A stretch of DNA of 64,000 nt from Zygnema circumcarinatum SAG 698-1b (GCA_037447605.1 CM074806.1:3534001-3598000), one strand, 5' to 3'; shown: positions 1 through 12,537, counted from the stretch's first letter. Numbers and translations: made by a program. The notes: generated by a model not told the origin, from the letters alone.

Positions 1-62
1 GACAGTAAGCAAGCTCCCCGGAGCAGGCAACATCAAATCAATGGCTAACCTAGTCAACCAAA

Positions 63-3000
63 TCAGGCATCATTACTCGACTCTTGAGGGGGCGAGGCCG
101 GCTTGCTGGCTTTCGGTGCAAGGTTGAAATTGAACCATCTTTTCTTTTCAGATTTGTCGGTCCCCTCTGCTGCTGCTCCCTCTGCAGCTGGGGGGGGAGC
201 AGGTCCGGGCACGCTTGCGGGAGGCGGGGCGCTTTCCTTCACTGGAGAGGATGATGGCCCAGCAGCGGGTTCTTTGCTCTCTGCTTCAGTTGGAGGTTGC
301 GGAACAGGCAGTTTTGTCGCTTTGCCGCCACTTGAAAACTTTTCTTGCACCTTGTAACGCTGGGAGATGAGTTCCTCCAACTGAACACAAATTCACAAAC
401 ATCATAAACATGAGAACAAGAGAACATGAGGAAAGTGACACAAAGCTTACAAGACAGACAAGTTACAGTAGTACAAGAATAATGGTGAAAGATATCCTGC
501 GGTGATTTAGAGCATATTGCCCACTGCTAAGAAGAGCTGTTGAGAACAGCAGCATGCCGGAAGCTAAAACTGGCAAAGAGATGCATGCAAAGAAAGCATT
601 GAGAACTGGCTCACCTTTGTCTTCTCTAGTTTTAATCTACCGTCAATTTCCAAATAACGCGCCATCACCTGCTCCATCCCCACATCCGCCCTTATATTCA
701 GCTGATTTTTTGACGACATAAAGAAAAATTGCGCATTTTGCCACTTCAAGGGAACAAAGATTATGAGAAAGGAGAAAGAGAAGTGCCAACCTCTCTATAC
801 TCTGACTCAAACTGCTTTAACTCTTGCTTTTTAGCAACGATCTCGGACTCCACTTCACGCAGTGCGGCTTTGGCCTCAAAATCTGTTTCCACCGCCATCA
901 CTTCAATGGTGTATGCCGCACTCTTGAAGAAGTTATCGCCTGCAAGGAGAGGAGAACAGAACTTCGACATCTCAGCTCAAGGCAAACCACTCATTGCATT
1001 GCGGTGAATGCGATATGAGGACGAAAGGCGCAGCCGGTAATGACTCCTCACCATACACAGCAAAGATATGCGTCCCGGGCCGAAGCTCCTGCACTTCGCA
1101 GGCTTGCAAGGTGTCGAGTTTCCTGAACAGACTCGCCTCGGAATCCTTTGCAAGCTCCATCTGCATTTGTCACCCGCGATCGAGCTTCAGCAAACGCCAC
1201 GTGTACGTGTGGGGGAAAGCATCCGAATTCAAGTGCATCCAGTCCTTCATGTTAACCACCGGAGTGACTGACTGAACCAGTAAGACGGAGGCCGAGAATC
1301 AGCTTCAACATCATTTGGAAGTGGAGAGATGACTCGCGAGAAGTGGTGCATTACCGGGCTGACTGTGGGGTCCAAGCGATACACTTGATATCCGAAAAAA
1401 TAGAAGCCAGCTGATGTGCCCTTCCCTGACTTTACGGAGTTTTCCTGTAGATGCAGCATGTCCGCCACTTATCACTCAGCATCAACCATGAAGAAGCAGT
1501 CGATGTGATTGGAGGTGTGAATGATATGAGGGGATTACTTAGAACTGTATGCAAGGTTGTTTGTCACTTAACAATTTAGATTTTTGTGAAGACGCTTAAT
1601 GAGTTCCACAGTTAGCAATCCCTCTCCTTATGCAAGTCAGCTGGACAGTACTACTTGCAAGCAGTATCAAGGAACAGGGTAATCTTCTCAGGTTGTGTGA
1701 AGAATTGGGCGCCGCCCGACCGGCTGGGAGGCCACTCGACGGCAACTAACGACTATGAATGTGGCATTCTTTGCTAAAGGGACTGACCTGGCATTTCAGC
1801 GTTCTTGTCAAACTGTGGGAAAAAAGGTTTTAAAAGTGTGCTTCTCCTAAGGAAACAGCAGCAGCAGAGTAACATGAACTTCTCAAAGCACATTTGTCGT
1901 AAACTCCTGTTTCTCACCTGCATCAGCAGGTTCAGACCCCCCGAAGACTCCTGCTCGAAGTAAAGCAGCTGCATTCACAAAAACCAACAGTTAGGGAGCA
2001 GTTGACAGAAGGAAAAATTGGGAAGTGCGCCATTTCCTATAGGTGAAGGGCAGACGATTCAAAATTGCGAATTGAGAGACGACGGTTAAGCCTCCCAGGA
2101 ACATATCGGGAACATATTGCACGAAGCTGCTGTTACAGTATCGAAAAGACAGTATTAACAACTAGCTGGAGAAGAACTACAATTCCTTTGGAGCTAGAGG
2201 TAGGAGGCAAAAAGGATGGGCAAGCTCTGTCTGATTCCTCTTGCCTTAAACTTGCTTGCCGGTCCTGAAACTACGCGCACTGCAATCCCACATTTCGCTT
2301 GCTCCTCAGAAATTGTACAGCCAAAAAAGTGTGCTGCTTGCTTGTCTACCTGCGGAAAGGCAATGCCCAGACACGTGACATTACCATTTGTTGCATTTGG
2401 CATTATTCACCGTGCTAACATGCTGAAGGAACTAAGGGGAGGCAGAGATTGGGGGGAGGCAGACGAAGGGTTCATCTGCGAAAACAAGAGGGCGAAGGAA
2501 AGAGGCAGAACGAGAAGCGGAAGAAAGCTACAACGGAGGATGATGACGAAGCTGCCAATGTGGTCCATGCGCAAAGTCGAGAAACATGGAAACAGTGTGA
2601 GAAATGGGGCTGACCTTGTCACTGACCACCCGACCAACAGGGAGGGGCCTAATTGTGACGGTGCCGTTCATTGCTTCCTCCAATACATTAGCCGAAACGC
2701 TGGTTTTTATAGGCAGTCCAAGTTTGCTGCAAAAGGACACGTTTTCTAAGGTCACAGTTAGGTCAAAGTATCAAATACGAGTGCATGCATAATCACCTTT
2801 GTGTTAAGACACCCAGATATTCAGACCTTGTTTCTTGCATGAGTAGGAAGCCTAAAAACAAACTCTTCGTGGGCACTTTCAGCCAATCAGCGTTGCATTC
2901 TTTGGCCTTTGATTCAAAAAATGCGAAAGGCACTTTCCGTACCTGAAGAGAGCAACGAAGGCGGTATTGACGATGCCCAGATTTGAAAGGTCAAAAGAGT

Positions 3001-4678
3001 CTTCTACTCCCTCCATGTCTACTCCCTGCACATGGGACAGCTAACATCAAATAATAGTGTAGAAAGTCGTTCCTGTTCTGTTCACAAGTACCCAGGTCCC
3101 CTACATAGTTGCAGTCCAGCTTGCTTTAAACTAGCCGAGAAAGTAAAAAAGGCAGTACATGAGCACCTTGAAGCACTCCTAACTCAACAGAATAAGCACT
3201 GCTATTTGAGCCTACTTAAAACCTTTTGACTGATGTGAAGCAGTTCACATCGTTGCTGTATCTAAGAAAGTCAATCAACCAATCACTGCTCGAGTGCAGA
3301 CTTCTGAAACACTAACAACAAATGGAGGTTTACCTTAGTGGACTGTGGTTGCACTACCTCACCTGGAAACCGTATTGTTCATATTGTTGGCGTTTCACCG
3401 GGTCGACCAGTATAGAGTAGGAATACACAAGTTCTTTAAACTTCTCAGCTGCCTCGGGACTGTTGCCATTCTTGTCGGGATGATACCTGCAGTTATAAAC
3501 ATCGTATAGCCATACGACCATCAGCAACTCAAAAAAGAAGAATACTTATGAAAGCTTCCACAGAGAACGGCGGCAAGCCATGCTTGCGTTGAAAAACGAG
3601 GAACAGTCCAAAGAGCACTAAACAATTTGGTATAGAGTGCCTATCAAATAATGCTTATAAATTGAATTGAAGCCCATCAAGAAGCGTGGGTCTGTTACTG
3701 ACGTTTACACAGGCACTGAATGAACAAATTGACTGTGGGAGCAGGAACCCTTGTTGCAATCAGGAAGGTGAAGAGCCTAGCCTATTATATCTGTAGGTAG
3801 ATAGCTAATTCTTCAGCTGCACTAAGACTTGTGGAGATGATAAAGCAAATTCACGTACGATAATGCACTTACTGCATAATATGCTCACTTACATTTATAG
3901 CCTTTCATACGCTCATAAAGACAAGTTTCGACAAAACCATTCTTAGTAACCTTATATTTACCATTTTTAAGCCTAGCGGTGATCTTCCATGTAGTAAGCA
4001 ATATGGCATGCTTAACTCAACTTCACTGCACACCTAGACTATCATTTCCAGTGAACCATGAACATTTGAGCAGTTTTCATTGCCGACTCACTCATAATTT
4101 ATTCCCCAATGCTGCGAATTTTATCAATAAATGTAAAATCTCTCCGATATTTTGACGAGCAATTCCTTAAGTGACAAACACTGCAGCCAGAAAAGCACAA
4201 CCATGTGCCAAAACTGCCACTCCCGTAACTCATTGCGGTTATCCTGCGAGTTTGGTTAAACACTATACATGGCTTCATGAATCAATTTTGAACTGCAGTC
4301 TCATTCTCCTGCACGTTTTCCAGATACTTCGAATTTATGTTCAATTCTAGTGCCTGTTGAGGTGTTCTTCAAACAACAAACAACAAGATTTCTTCATTAA
4401 GTAGTAGCCCTGGACATGCAGACCCTCGCTTCCATGTGCTCTGAAATGATCCGCTTGACGAAACCCTCGACTGAATCCAAAAGAGAGAGTGCAAGCATAG
4501 CCCCACACCAACAACAATAATGCGCGTTTGATTAGGTAACTGACTTGAGGGCGAGTTTCTTGTATGCTGCCTTGATCTGCTCCTCTTTCGCGTCTCTGGG
4601 CACGCCCAACACTTCATATAAGTCGCGCTTCTCGCTCCCGCCAGCTGTGGACTGCAGATTCTCCCCCTTGCCGTCCAT
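63..4678 (-). CDS. ARG1: DnaJ (type III J-domain) protein with coiled coil, ARG1/DnaJ15 family; multi-exon
   Basis: Spliced exons translate to MDGKGENL..RDLYEVLGVPRDAKEEQIKAAYKKLALK (4545-4678), YHPDKNGNSPEAAEKF (3364-3487), FDLSNLGIVNTAFVALF, SKLGLPIKTSVSANVLEEAMNGTVTIRPLP, AAHFFGCTISEEQ, LLYFEQESSGG, LQACEVQELRPGTHIFAVYG, DNFFKSAAYTIE..KKQELKQFESEYRE and KRWFNFNL..stop at 63-65. These blocks are collinear with Arabidopsis ARG1 as recalled; GT-AG boundaries were seen where checked. Confidence 0.95.
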
Positions 4679-5208
4679 GGCGGAGGGCGCGCTCTTTTGA
4701 CCAGCAGCACACGCACACTGGTACTGCTCTACGTCTACCTTCTTCCTGCTGTTTTTCTCTTCAAACAGCGGCTTTGCGGAAGAGAACTACGGGAATTAGG
4801 TTAGAATTGATGAGAGAAATAGGCGCTGCATGAGCAGTTGGGAGGGTGAAAGGTAAGGATGCCCGAGAGTAGAGGCATGAGATCGGTGACCTTAAAGTCT
4901 GGCATTGGAGATCATTCAACAGTGAACAACAAACTATAAAATACGAATGCGCTAGGAATGGTGCAGACAGCACCAAGGGCGTGCCTATTTGTATGTTCAG
5001 GACATGCAGAGACTACTGCAGAGAAGCTTTTTGCTCCGCATATCCCCCTAGTAATCCGCAGCCCGCACGCCCATGCGAGATGCAGGCAGGCGGTGGCCAC
5101 AGGCAGCCCAACCGAGCCCGGGGCAGTCAAGGGCCGCCAACACCCCTACGGCGCCAATTTCGGCGCAAATTTGTTTGGACAAATCTGTGCAGCTGACAGC
5201 ACGATAGT

Positions 5209-6150
5209 AAGGGATATATCGCGGTGTGGTACTGACGATATTTCATATCGGTGTATCAGTATATCGATGTAAGTGCGTGCACGATATATCGTCAATAGTC
5301 GTCAGGCAATGAATGCATCGTGTACGGTCGGGTTGAATGCTGGCAAGTTTCGTATCGAAATGTATCGCCTCCAAGCGATATGATGTATCGATATTGATAT
5401 CTCAATGTACAGGTACTGTAAATGCGGTGGCATCGCCAGTGTGAGAATCAATGCTACGTCTTTGTCTATATCGATATATCGACATAGTCTACACCGTGTT
5501 CGCAAGCGAAGGTGTAGACCAAGAAACCAACAGAAGAAAGAAAACAAAGGATGTGGCATTGATCTCACGCATGGCAAGCCATCAGATGTGCATGGACAAC
5601 ATCATAATAGGGAACCACGAGGAACTGGTCGCAATGGACCTAAGGACGAAAGAAAAAAGCTAGGGACCGGAAAGCTACGCCTAGGCTCAAGAACGCTTCA
5701 AGCCTTCCCTCGAAGCAGCCACGAAGGTCACCGATGTGCGGCACATCGCGCAAGAACCAAGAAAAGCCTTGAAGCAAGCTCGATGTTGAAACCAACACGA
5801 TTACATCAGAATAACGACGGCGGTGTCGCAGAAGTCACTGGTTCCATGCATTGCATAAACCATGAGTTTGCTGCTGCTTTGCGCATTATCAATTTCCCAC
5901 GTGCCAACATGCGTTGCTTCGTTTGCAAATTCACAACGAATCATTTCACGAAAGACAAATCGTGAATTTAGAATGCATGTCGCTGCCCTTGCGGCCGCCA
6001 AGGGTTCCATACACAAGCAATGGCACGGGCCTCCCTCACCTTCCCCGCTACAACCAGGCCCTGCCCGTGTCACGCTACCACCCATGTACACTTTCAGCAT
6101 CCGCAGGACACTCTTAAATCTTGCCATACGGCGATTCTTTTCGCCCCACT
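5209..6150. mobile_element. Possible decayed transposon remnant: ATATCG/CGATAT-rich segment followed by a stop-interrupted reading frame
   Basis: Cluster of CGATATATCG/TATCGATA palindromes at 5209-5491. One + frame from about 5490 to 6000 reads protein-like with only a few stops. No diagnostic domain recognised. Confidence 0.25.
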
Positions 6151-6415
6151 AAAGCAAACAGACTAACAAAGTGAACTCCTTTAAGCAACCAACCAATCTT
6201 CTGCCCTCCGAACGTCTCTCATATTTACTCTCCTATCTCCATGCTGAACCATGGATCACTCTACCGTCAACATACTCGACCTATCCAAGTTACAAATTTG
6301 CACTTCATCTCACACCCATCCCACCCATCCCCATTGAACCTTCTCAATGAACCTTCACTCGTGCCACATCTTCTTCTCAATGAATGAATGAATGAATGTC
6401 GTCGAACTCTGCCCC

Positions 6416-7841
6416 TCACTTTTTGCAGGGAGGGCAGCCGGGAATGCCGCATATGTGGCCCCTCGAGCCCCTGCAGTTGGCGAGCGCGCTAATGGACGCC
6501 GTCGCCGAGGGGACCGTGTACACGTAGTGGCCGCGGAAAGCGATCGGCTGAAGCTCGTTCTCTTTGCCGATCTGCTGAAGACGGCGGCCATGGGGGGACG
6601 TTCCGAGGCCTTGCTTGGCAGGGTTGCCCTTCCACTGCATGTAGCCGTCCTTCCACTGATAGTAGTTCAGGTTCACTGCCTGAATGGTCTCATTCGCAAT
6701 CCAGATCCATCCTCCCGTGGTCACCCTGCGGAATGGAGGCGGAGTAATCAGTGAGCTTTTGAGCTTTGGTGTATTCCACTTATCTTATCTGAATGTATTG
6801 ATGTTTGGATAAGGCAGTCAGAAGCATGAACGGAGAAATCACGTACAGCCAGAATGGTTGAGAAGCCATGGTATGTGTCGACTTGACTAGAGAAGGAGAG
6901 GGCGAGAAAGAGGGAGAGGGCGAGAAGGGGGCTGCCTCACTTGACAAAAAGCTCGTTGTGCAAGTAATCCGCCACGATGATGGCCACCTGCTCGTTGAGA
7001 ACGGTCCCGTCATTCGCGGTGAGCAGGACGCGGTTCAAGTGGATGAGCTCCATGGGGTCCTGCTCCGCCCACGCGTTCAGCGACGTCGACTCCTCCGCGC
7101 GCACATTCTGCACACCCATCCGCCAATCGCGCATTCCTTATCGTACGATGGACGCATGCATGCATGCCACAAAGCGGTCATGTGTACCACCCAACACACT
7201 CACATCCAGTCCCACCGCATTTCCTTCCAACAATTTATTCTCCGAAGACGAACTGCGCAATCATGTGAGGTTTTGACTCACGGAGACGATGGCGCCGGAG
7301 TTAGCGGCGGTCATGAGGCCGCGCCTCTCCGTGCGGATGTCCCGCGTGAGGATGCCGCCCACCACCACGAGGCCGAGCATGATGCCGAAACTCGCCCCGA
7401 CGAGAGCCAAAATGGCGACAGCCGTCCACTGCGCGAATCGCAACACCCGTTTCATTTTTTAGTCTCTTGTTCAATGTAGAACTGCCGGAACAGATGCAAG
7501 TGGTGAGCGAATCACGGCGAGCCACGTGGCGGGGGGGGAGGGTGGGGTGCGGCCCACCTTCCACGCGCTGGAGGTGCGCTTGAGGACGCCCTGCGCGCGC
7601 GCCGCCTCGAGGAGCTCCTCCTCCGTCAGGACGCCGTCCGAGTCCACGGCCGGGGCCCACCCCTCCAGCTCCATCTGGTGCCGCAGACTCGTGTTCAGCC
7701 GCACCAGCTTCTTCACTATCTGCAATACAGAGACAGAAAGAGGACGCGTCAGTGTGTGTGTGATGGCTTGTGTGTGTGCGCGTGAGGGAGACAGAGGGAG
7801 AGGGAGAGAGATTGAGAGAGCGGGAGGGATAGAGAGAGAGA

Positions 7842-7873
<32 letters not shown>

Positions 7874-8136
7874 CGGACCTCGTCCCCCCCGGCGCTGTTC
7901 CCCCGCGCGTGACTGCTGGTGACGCTGGCGGCGGACTGGCTTTGTGAGGGGCCGTACGGAACGCTCCCGCCCAGGTCAAGGCCGTACGCGGCCCCGCGGG
8001 GCGGGCTGGCCGGTGGGATGCCCTCGCGGAAGGACACCCCGCGCGAGAGGACGGGCCCGCCTGGCGGCGGCCGGAGGGGGTTCTCGTAGTAGTCCGGGGA
8101 GAACTCGTCCAGACTGCCGGGGTCGTGACCCGCCAT
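6416..8136 (-). CDS. Unknown single-pass membrane protein (paralog A), 5 exons, Cys-rich C-terminal tail
   Basis: Exons 7879-8136, 7558-7719, about 7282-7427, 6941-7107 and 6416-6725 with GT..AG. Motif LTEEELLEAARAQGVLKR, hydrophobic segment WTAVAILALVGASFGIMLGLVVVGG, tail CRGSRGHICGIPGCPPCKK. Homologous to the gene at 11303-12537. Confidence 0.75.
7781..7873. repeat. (AG)n/(CT)n microsatellite in intron 1 of paralog A (copy at 9749-9841); CT-rich tract also at about 8150-8390
   Basis: Directly visible gagagagaga runs. Confidence 0.9.
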
Positions 8137-8506
8137 GGCGCCGCCGCTCTCTCTGTGTCCCTCTTCTCACTCCTTGCCTTTCTCTCGCGCTCAGCCTCCC
8201 TTCCTCTACCTCACTCTCCTTTCCTTCCTCACTCTCCCTCTCTCTCACTATGTCTCTCTCCCGCTCTCTCTCTCTCCCTATATCTCTCCCAATATCCCTC
8301 ACACTCTCTCTCTCTCTCACTCTCTCCCTCTCTCTTTCTCTTTCCCTCACTCTCTCACTCTCTCCCTCTCTTTCCCTTTCTCACTCTCCCTATCTCGTCG
8401 CCGTCGGGGGCTGTGTCGACTGCGCAGCTGCCGCCGGCTTCATTTGACAGAGCGGGGCGGGGCGGCGCCGCGTGACACTTGTCACGTGCCCCCCCTNNNN
8501 NNNNNN

Positions 8507-9809
8507 AGCGATCGGCTGAAGCTCGTTCTCTTTGCCGATCTGCTGAAGACGGCGGCCATGGGGGGACGTTCCGAGGCCTTGCTTGGCAGGGTTGCCCTTC
8601 CACTGCATGTAGCCGTCCTTCCACTGATAGTAGTTCAGGTTCACTGCCTGAATGGTCTCATTCGCAATCCAGATCCATCCTCCCGTGGTCACCCTGCGGA
8701 ATGGAGGCGGAGTAATCAGTGAGCTTTTGAGCTTTGGTGTATTCCACTTATCTTATCTGAATGTATTGATGTTTGGATAAGGCAGTCAGAAGCATGAACG
8801 GAGAAATCACGTACAGCCAGAATGGTTGAGAAGCCATGGTATGTGTCGACTTGACTAGAGAAGGAGAGGGCGAGAAAGAGGGAGAGGGCGAGAAGGGGGC
8901 TGCCTCACTTGACAAAAAGCTCGTTGTGCAAGTAATCCGCCACGATGATGGCCACCTGCTCGTTGAGAACGGTCCCGTCATTCGCGGTGAGCAGGACGCG
9001 GTTCAAGTGGATGAGCTCCATGGGGTCCTGCTCCGCCCACGCGTTCAGCGACGTCGACTCCTCCGCGCGCACATTCTGCACACCCATCCGCCAATCGCGC
9101 ATTCCTTATCGTACGATGGACGCATGCATGCATGCCACAAAGCGGTCATGTGTACCACCCAACACACTCACATCCAGTCCCACCGCATTTCCTTCCAACA
9201 ATTTATTCTCCGAAGACGAACTGCGCAATCATGTGAGGTTTTGACTCACGGAGACGATGGCGCCGGAGTTAGCGGCGGTCATGAGGCCGCGCCTCTCCGT
9301 GCGGATGTCCCGCGTGAGGATGCCGCCCACCACCACGAGGCCGAGCATGATGCCGAAACTCGCCCCGACGAGAGCCAAAATGGCGACAGCCGTCCACTGC
9401 GCGAATCGCAACACCCGTTTCATTTTTTAGTCTCTTGTTCAATGTAGAACTGCCGGAACAGATGCAAGTGGTGAGCGAATCACGGCGAGCCACGTGGCGG
9501 GGGGGGAGGGTGGGGTGCGGCCCACCTTCCACGCGCTGGAGGTGCGCTTGAGGACGCCCTGCGCGCGCGCCGCCTCGAGGAGCTCCTCCTCCGTCAGGAC
9601 GCCGTCCGAGTCCACGGCCGGGGCCCACCCCTCCAGCTCCATCTGGTGCCGCAGACTCGTGTTCAGCCGCACCAGCTTCTTCACTATCTGCAATACAGAG
9701 ACAGAAAGAGGACGCGTCAGTGTGTGTGTGATGGCTTGTGTGTGTGCGCGTGAGGGAGACAGAGGGAGAGGGAGAGAGATTGAGAGAGCGGGAGGGATAG
9801 AGAGAGAGA

Positions 9810-9841
<32 letters not shown>

Positions 9842-10104
9842 CGGACCTCGTCCCCCCCGGCGCTGTTCCCCCGCGCGTGACTGCTGGTGACGCTGGCGGC
9901 GGACTGGCTTTGTGAGGGGCCGTACGGAACGCTCCCGCCCAGGTCAAGGCCGTACGCGGCCCCGCGGGGCGGGCTGGCCGGTGGGATGCCCTCGCGGAAG
10001 GACACCCCGCGCGAGAGGACGGGCCCGCCTGGCGGCGGCCGGAGGGGGTTCTCGTAGTAGTCCGGGGAGAACTCGTCCAGACTGCCGGGGTCGTGACCCG
10101 CCAT
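8507..10104 (-). CDS. Second copy of paralog A, last exon truncated at the gap; probably redundant assembly
   Basis: Identical translation to 6416-8136 up to the N gap. Confidence 0.5.
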
Positions 10105-10438
10105 GGCGCCGCCGCTCTCTCTGTGTCCCTCTTCTCACTCCTTGCCTTTCTCTCGCGCTCAGCCTCCCTTCCTCTACCTCACTCTCCTTTCCTTCCTCAC
10201 TCTCCCTCTCTCTCACTATGTCTCTCTCCCGCTCTCTCTCTCTCCCTATATCTCTCCCAATATCCCTCACACTCTCTCTCTCTCTCACTCTCTCCCTCTC
10301 TCTTTCTCTTTCCCTCACTCTCTCACTCTCTCCCTCTCTTTCCCTTTCTCACTCTCCCTATCTCGTCGCCGTCGGGGGCTGTGTCGACTGCGCAGCTGCC
10401 GCCGGCTTCATTTGACAGAGCGGGGCGGGGCGGCGCCG

Positions 10439-11302
10439 CGTGACACTTGTCACGTGCCCCCCCTGGGGCTGAATTTGTCTTTTTCGGCCGGGCGGCAGCT
10501 TCGATCAGTACGGTACTGTACGGCACTGTTGCCCTGGCAGTTGGCGCTAGCTGCCGGGGGGTCATGATTTCGAATACGGCTCAAAAGCAAAAACGACAAA
10601 ACGAAGATTGCCTAAAGAAATGGGGCCTTGCCGTGCGGCAGGGGCAATCATCAATCAATGTCAGTTTTGTCGGTAATCATACAAACAAATGAGACGGCAG
10701 GGAGCGGAGCGTGAGTTCCTTGTCGGATTGCGCACGGAGCGACAGCTGGCACTGCACGAATGTTCGGTGCTACAGATCAGGAGGCCGCTGCCTGTACGGC
10801 AACCTAAGGTCAGCCTGGGCGGCAGATTGTGTCGCATTAGCTGATCCCAAAAGCGTACGGACGACCTCCCCCACCCCCACATCTGTGGATCGAGCGCCCG
10901 CGCCCAAATCTGACGGCCAAGATTCATCGCCAGGCGCTTGCGACAGTGGTCGGGAGTCGTTAGCGGTCGCACGGTCGTACGATCGTACGGTCGCAGGCGC
11001 CCCTTCCCCCCCGGCCATGGCGGCCGCCCCCCTGCCCTGCCCCGCCACGTGGCCCTCGGACCGTAACTGCGCCCCCGCCATGGGCCGGCCAGGAGCTTTC
11101 TGTTCTCGGGTGGAGGCCACGCCTTTGTCGTCGTGCCACGTGTCGCACGCCTCCTCTGGCGACGAGGTCGCGGCGGTTAAGAGGGCCGCGGGAGAACCTC
11201 TGCTTGCTAGCTGCGGAGGAGAGAGAGAGTGTGTGTGAGAGAGAGAGAGAGAGCTCCTTGCTAGAATCCTCCCTGTAATTTCAGAGAGAGATTTCAGCCG
11301 CC
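10439..11302. promoter_or_regulatory. Divergent intergenic region between paralogs A and B with G-box/ABRE-like and GTAC motifs
   Basis: Palindrome CGTGACACTTGTCACG (10439-10454), GCCACGTGGC near 11043, GCCACGTGTC near 11135, CAGTACGGTACTGTACGG near 10507, and GA-rich leaders before both ATGs. Confidence 0.5.
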
Positions 11303-12537
11303 ATGGATTACGAGCGCATGTACAGTCAGGAGATCGCGCCGCTCCCTCGGGAGGAGTTCGCGCACCGACTTGTCCGGCTGGACACGGAGATCCGCGAGCA
11401 GCTCGACCGGGAGGGGTGGGAGGGCTCCCACCCTGACGGCTTCCTCACGGAGGAGGAGCTGCTGAACGCGGCGCGCACTCAGGGCATCTTGAAGCGCAAG
11501 ATCCGCAACTGGCGGGTGGGCCTCTACGTGCTGTCTCCTCTTTCCTGATCATTTCCTTTGCTCGGGGTAGAAAGGGAGCATCGGCGGTAGGGATTGGAGA
11601 CTTGGATGTTCGTTGACGAGGCAGTGCGCGGATGTGTGCAGAGAATATCGTTCCTCGCCCTCGTGTGGCTGCTCGTGTCGTGCGGCATCATCCTGAGCAT
11701 GGTCATTGTGGGCAACAACATGGTCAAGGAGATGGAGGTGCGCGACGGGTCCGGCATCCTCTACGCCAAGGGCACGCGCAACATCGTGCAGGTGCGGGCC
11801 AGCTAGCACTGAGAAGGCGGCCGGGGGGGGGGGGAGGGAGGGAAAGAGAGGGAGCACAGAAACGGCGAGCTGTGCCGCAATGCTTCAAATGTTCAATCGT
11901 TGCATCTGGCCGGCCTGGTTGGACTGCAGACAGCGGCGGTGTCGCGCACGTTCAAGCTGGACGCGTGGTCCCGACAGAACCCGGTGAACATTCTCAACTT
12001 GGACCGCATCGTGCTCATTCCTGACAACGGCACCATCATCACCATGGTTGTTGCAGCAGCCGACGCGGACTTTGGCTCTAGCGTCCTCACTATCCAGTAA
12101 GCCCACTTCTTTCTCCCTTCCTCCCTCCCTCTTCCTCTCTCTGTCTCTCCTTTTCCATTCACCTCCTCCCTCCGCTCCCCTCTTCCCCCTCCCCGGTTCT
12201 TTCCAGTGCTTGCATGCCATGAAAGATGCCTCAGGTTCAGAAAGCATCCAGTGACTTTTTCTAAGACGAAAATTCTTCCTTGGTCCTCAGGTCCCCAGGC
12301 AACGGTTTCTTTGTGATGGAAAATGGAACTGCCACAGCCATCGACCTGGAGACGTCGCAGCTTCCCAAAGAGGTGGAGGGCCGCTCGGCGTTCCGCAACT
12401 TCGACCGCGCGAACCTCGTGCAGTCCCTCAACGCCCACGAGGGCCTCGTGCGGACGCCCGGCAACAACGTGCCCGGCCTCATCCAGAGCGGCTACTGCGT
12501 CTGTGGACTGTCCAGGTACTGCACGGCCTGCGACTGA
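11303..12537 (+). CDS. Unknown single-pass membrane protein (paralog B), 4 exons, Cys-rich C-terminal tail
   Basis: Exons 11303-11515, 11591-11791, about 11930-12097 and about 12291-12537. Motif LTEEELLNAARTQGILKR, hydrophobic segment FLALVWLLVSCGIILSMVIVG, tail GYCVCGLSRYCTACD. Intron phases match paralog A. Confidence 0.8.

Larger units (their letters stand above)
6539..10464. repeat. Apparently identical 1958-bp direct duplication (6539-8496 and 8507-10464) separated by a 10-N gap
   Basis: All ORFs recur at an offset of exactly 1968 bp, and the two copies abut the NNNNNNNNNN at 8497-8506. Confidence 0.97.

Noticed and set aside
7749-8722. ORFs rich in SLSLSL or RERERE (and their copies at 9717-10567)
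   Set aside because: Translations of CT/AG microsatellites in an intron and 5' leader.
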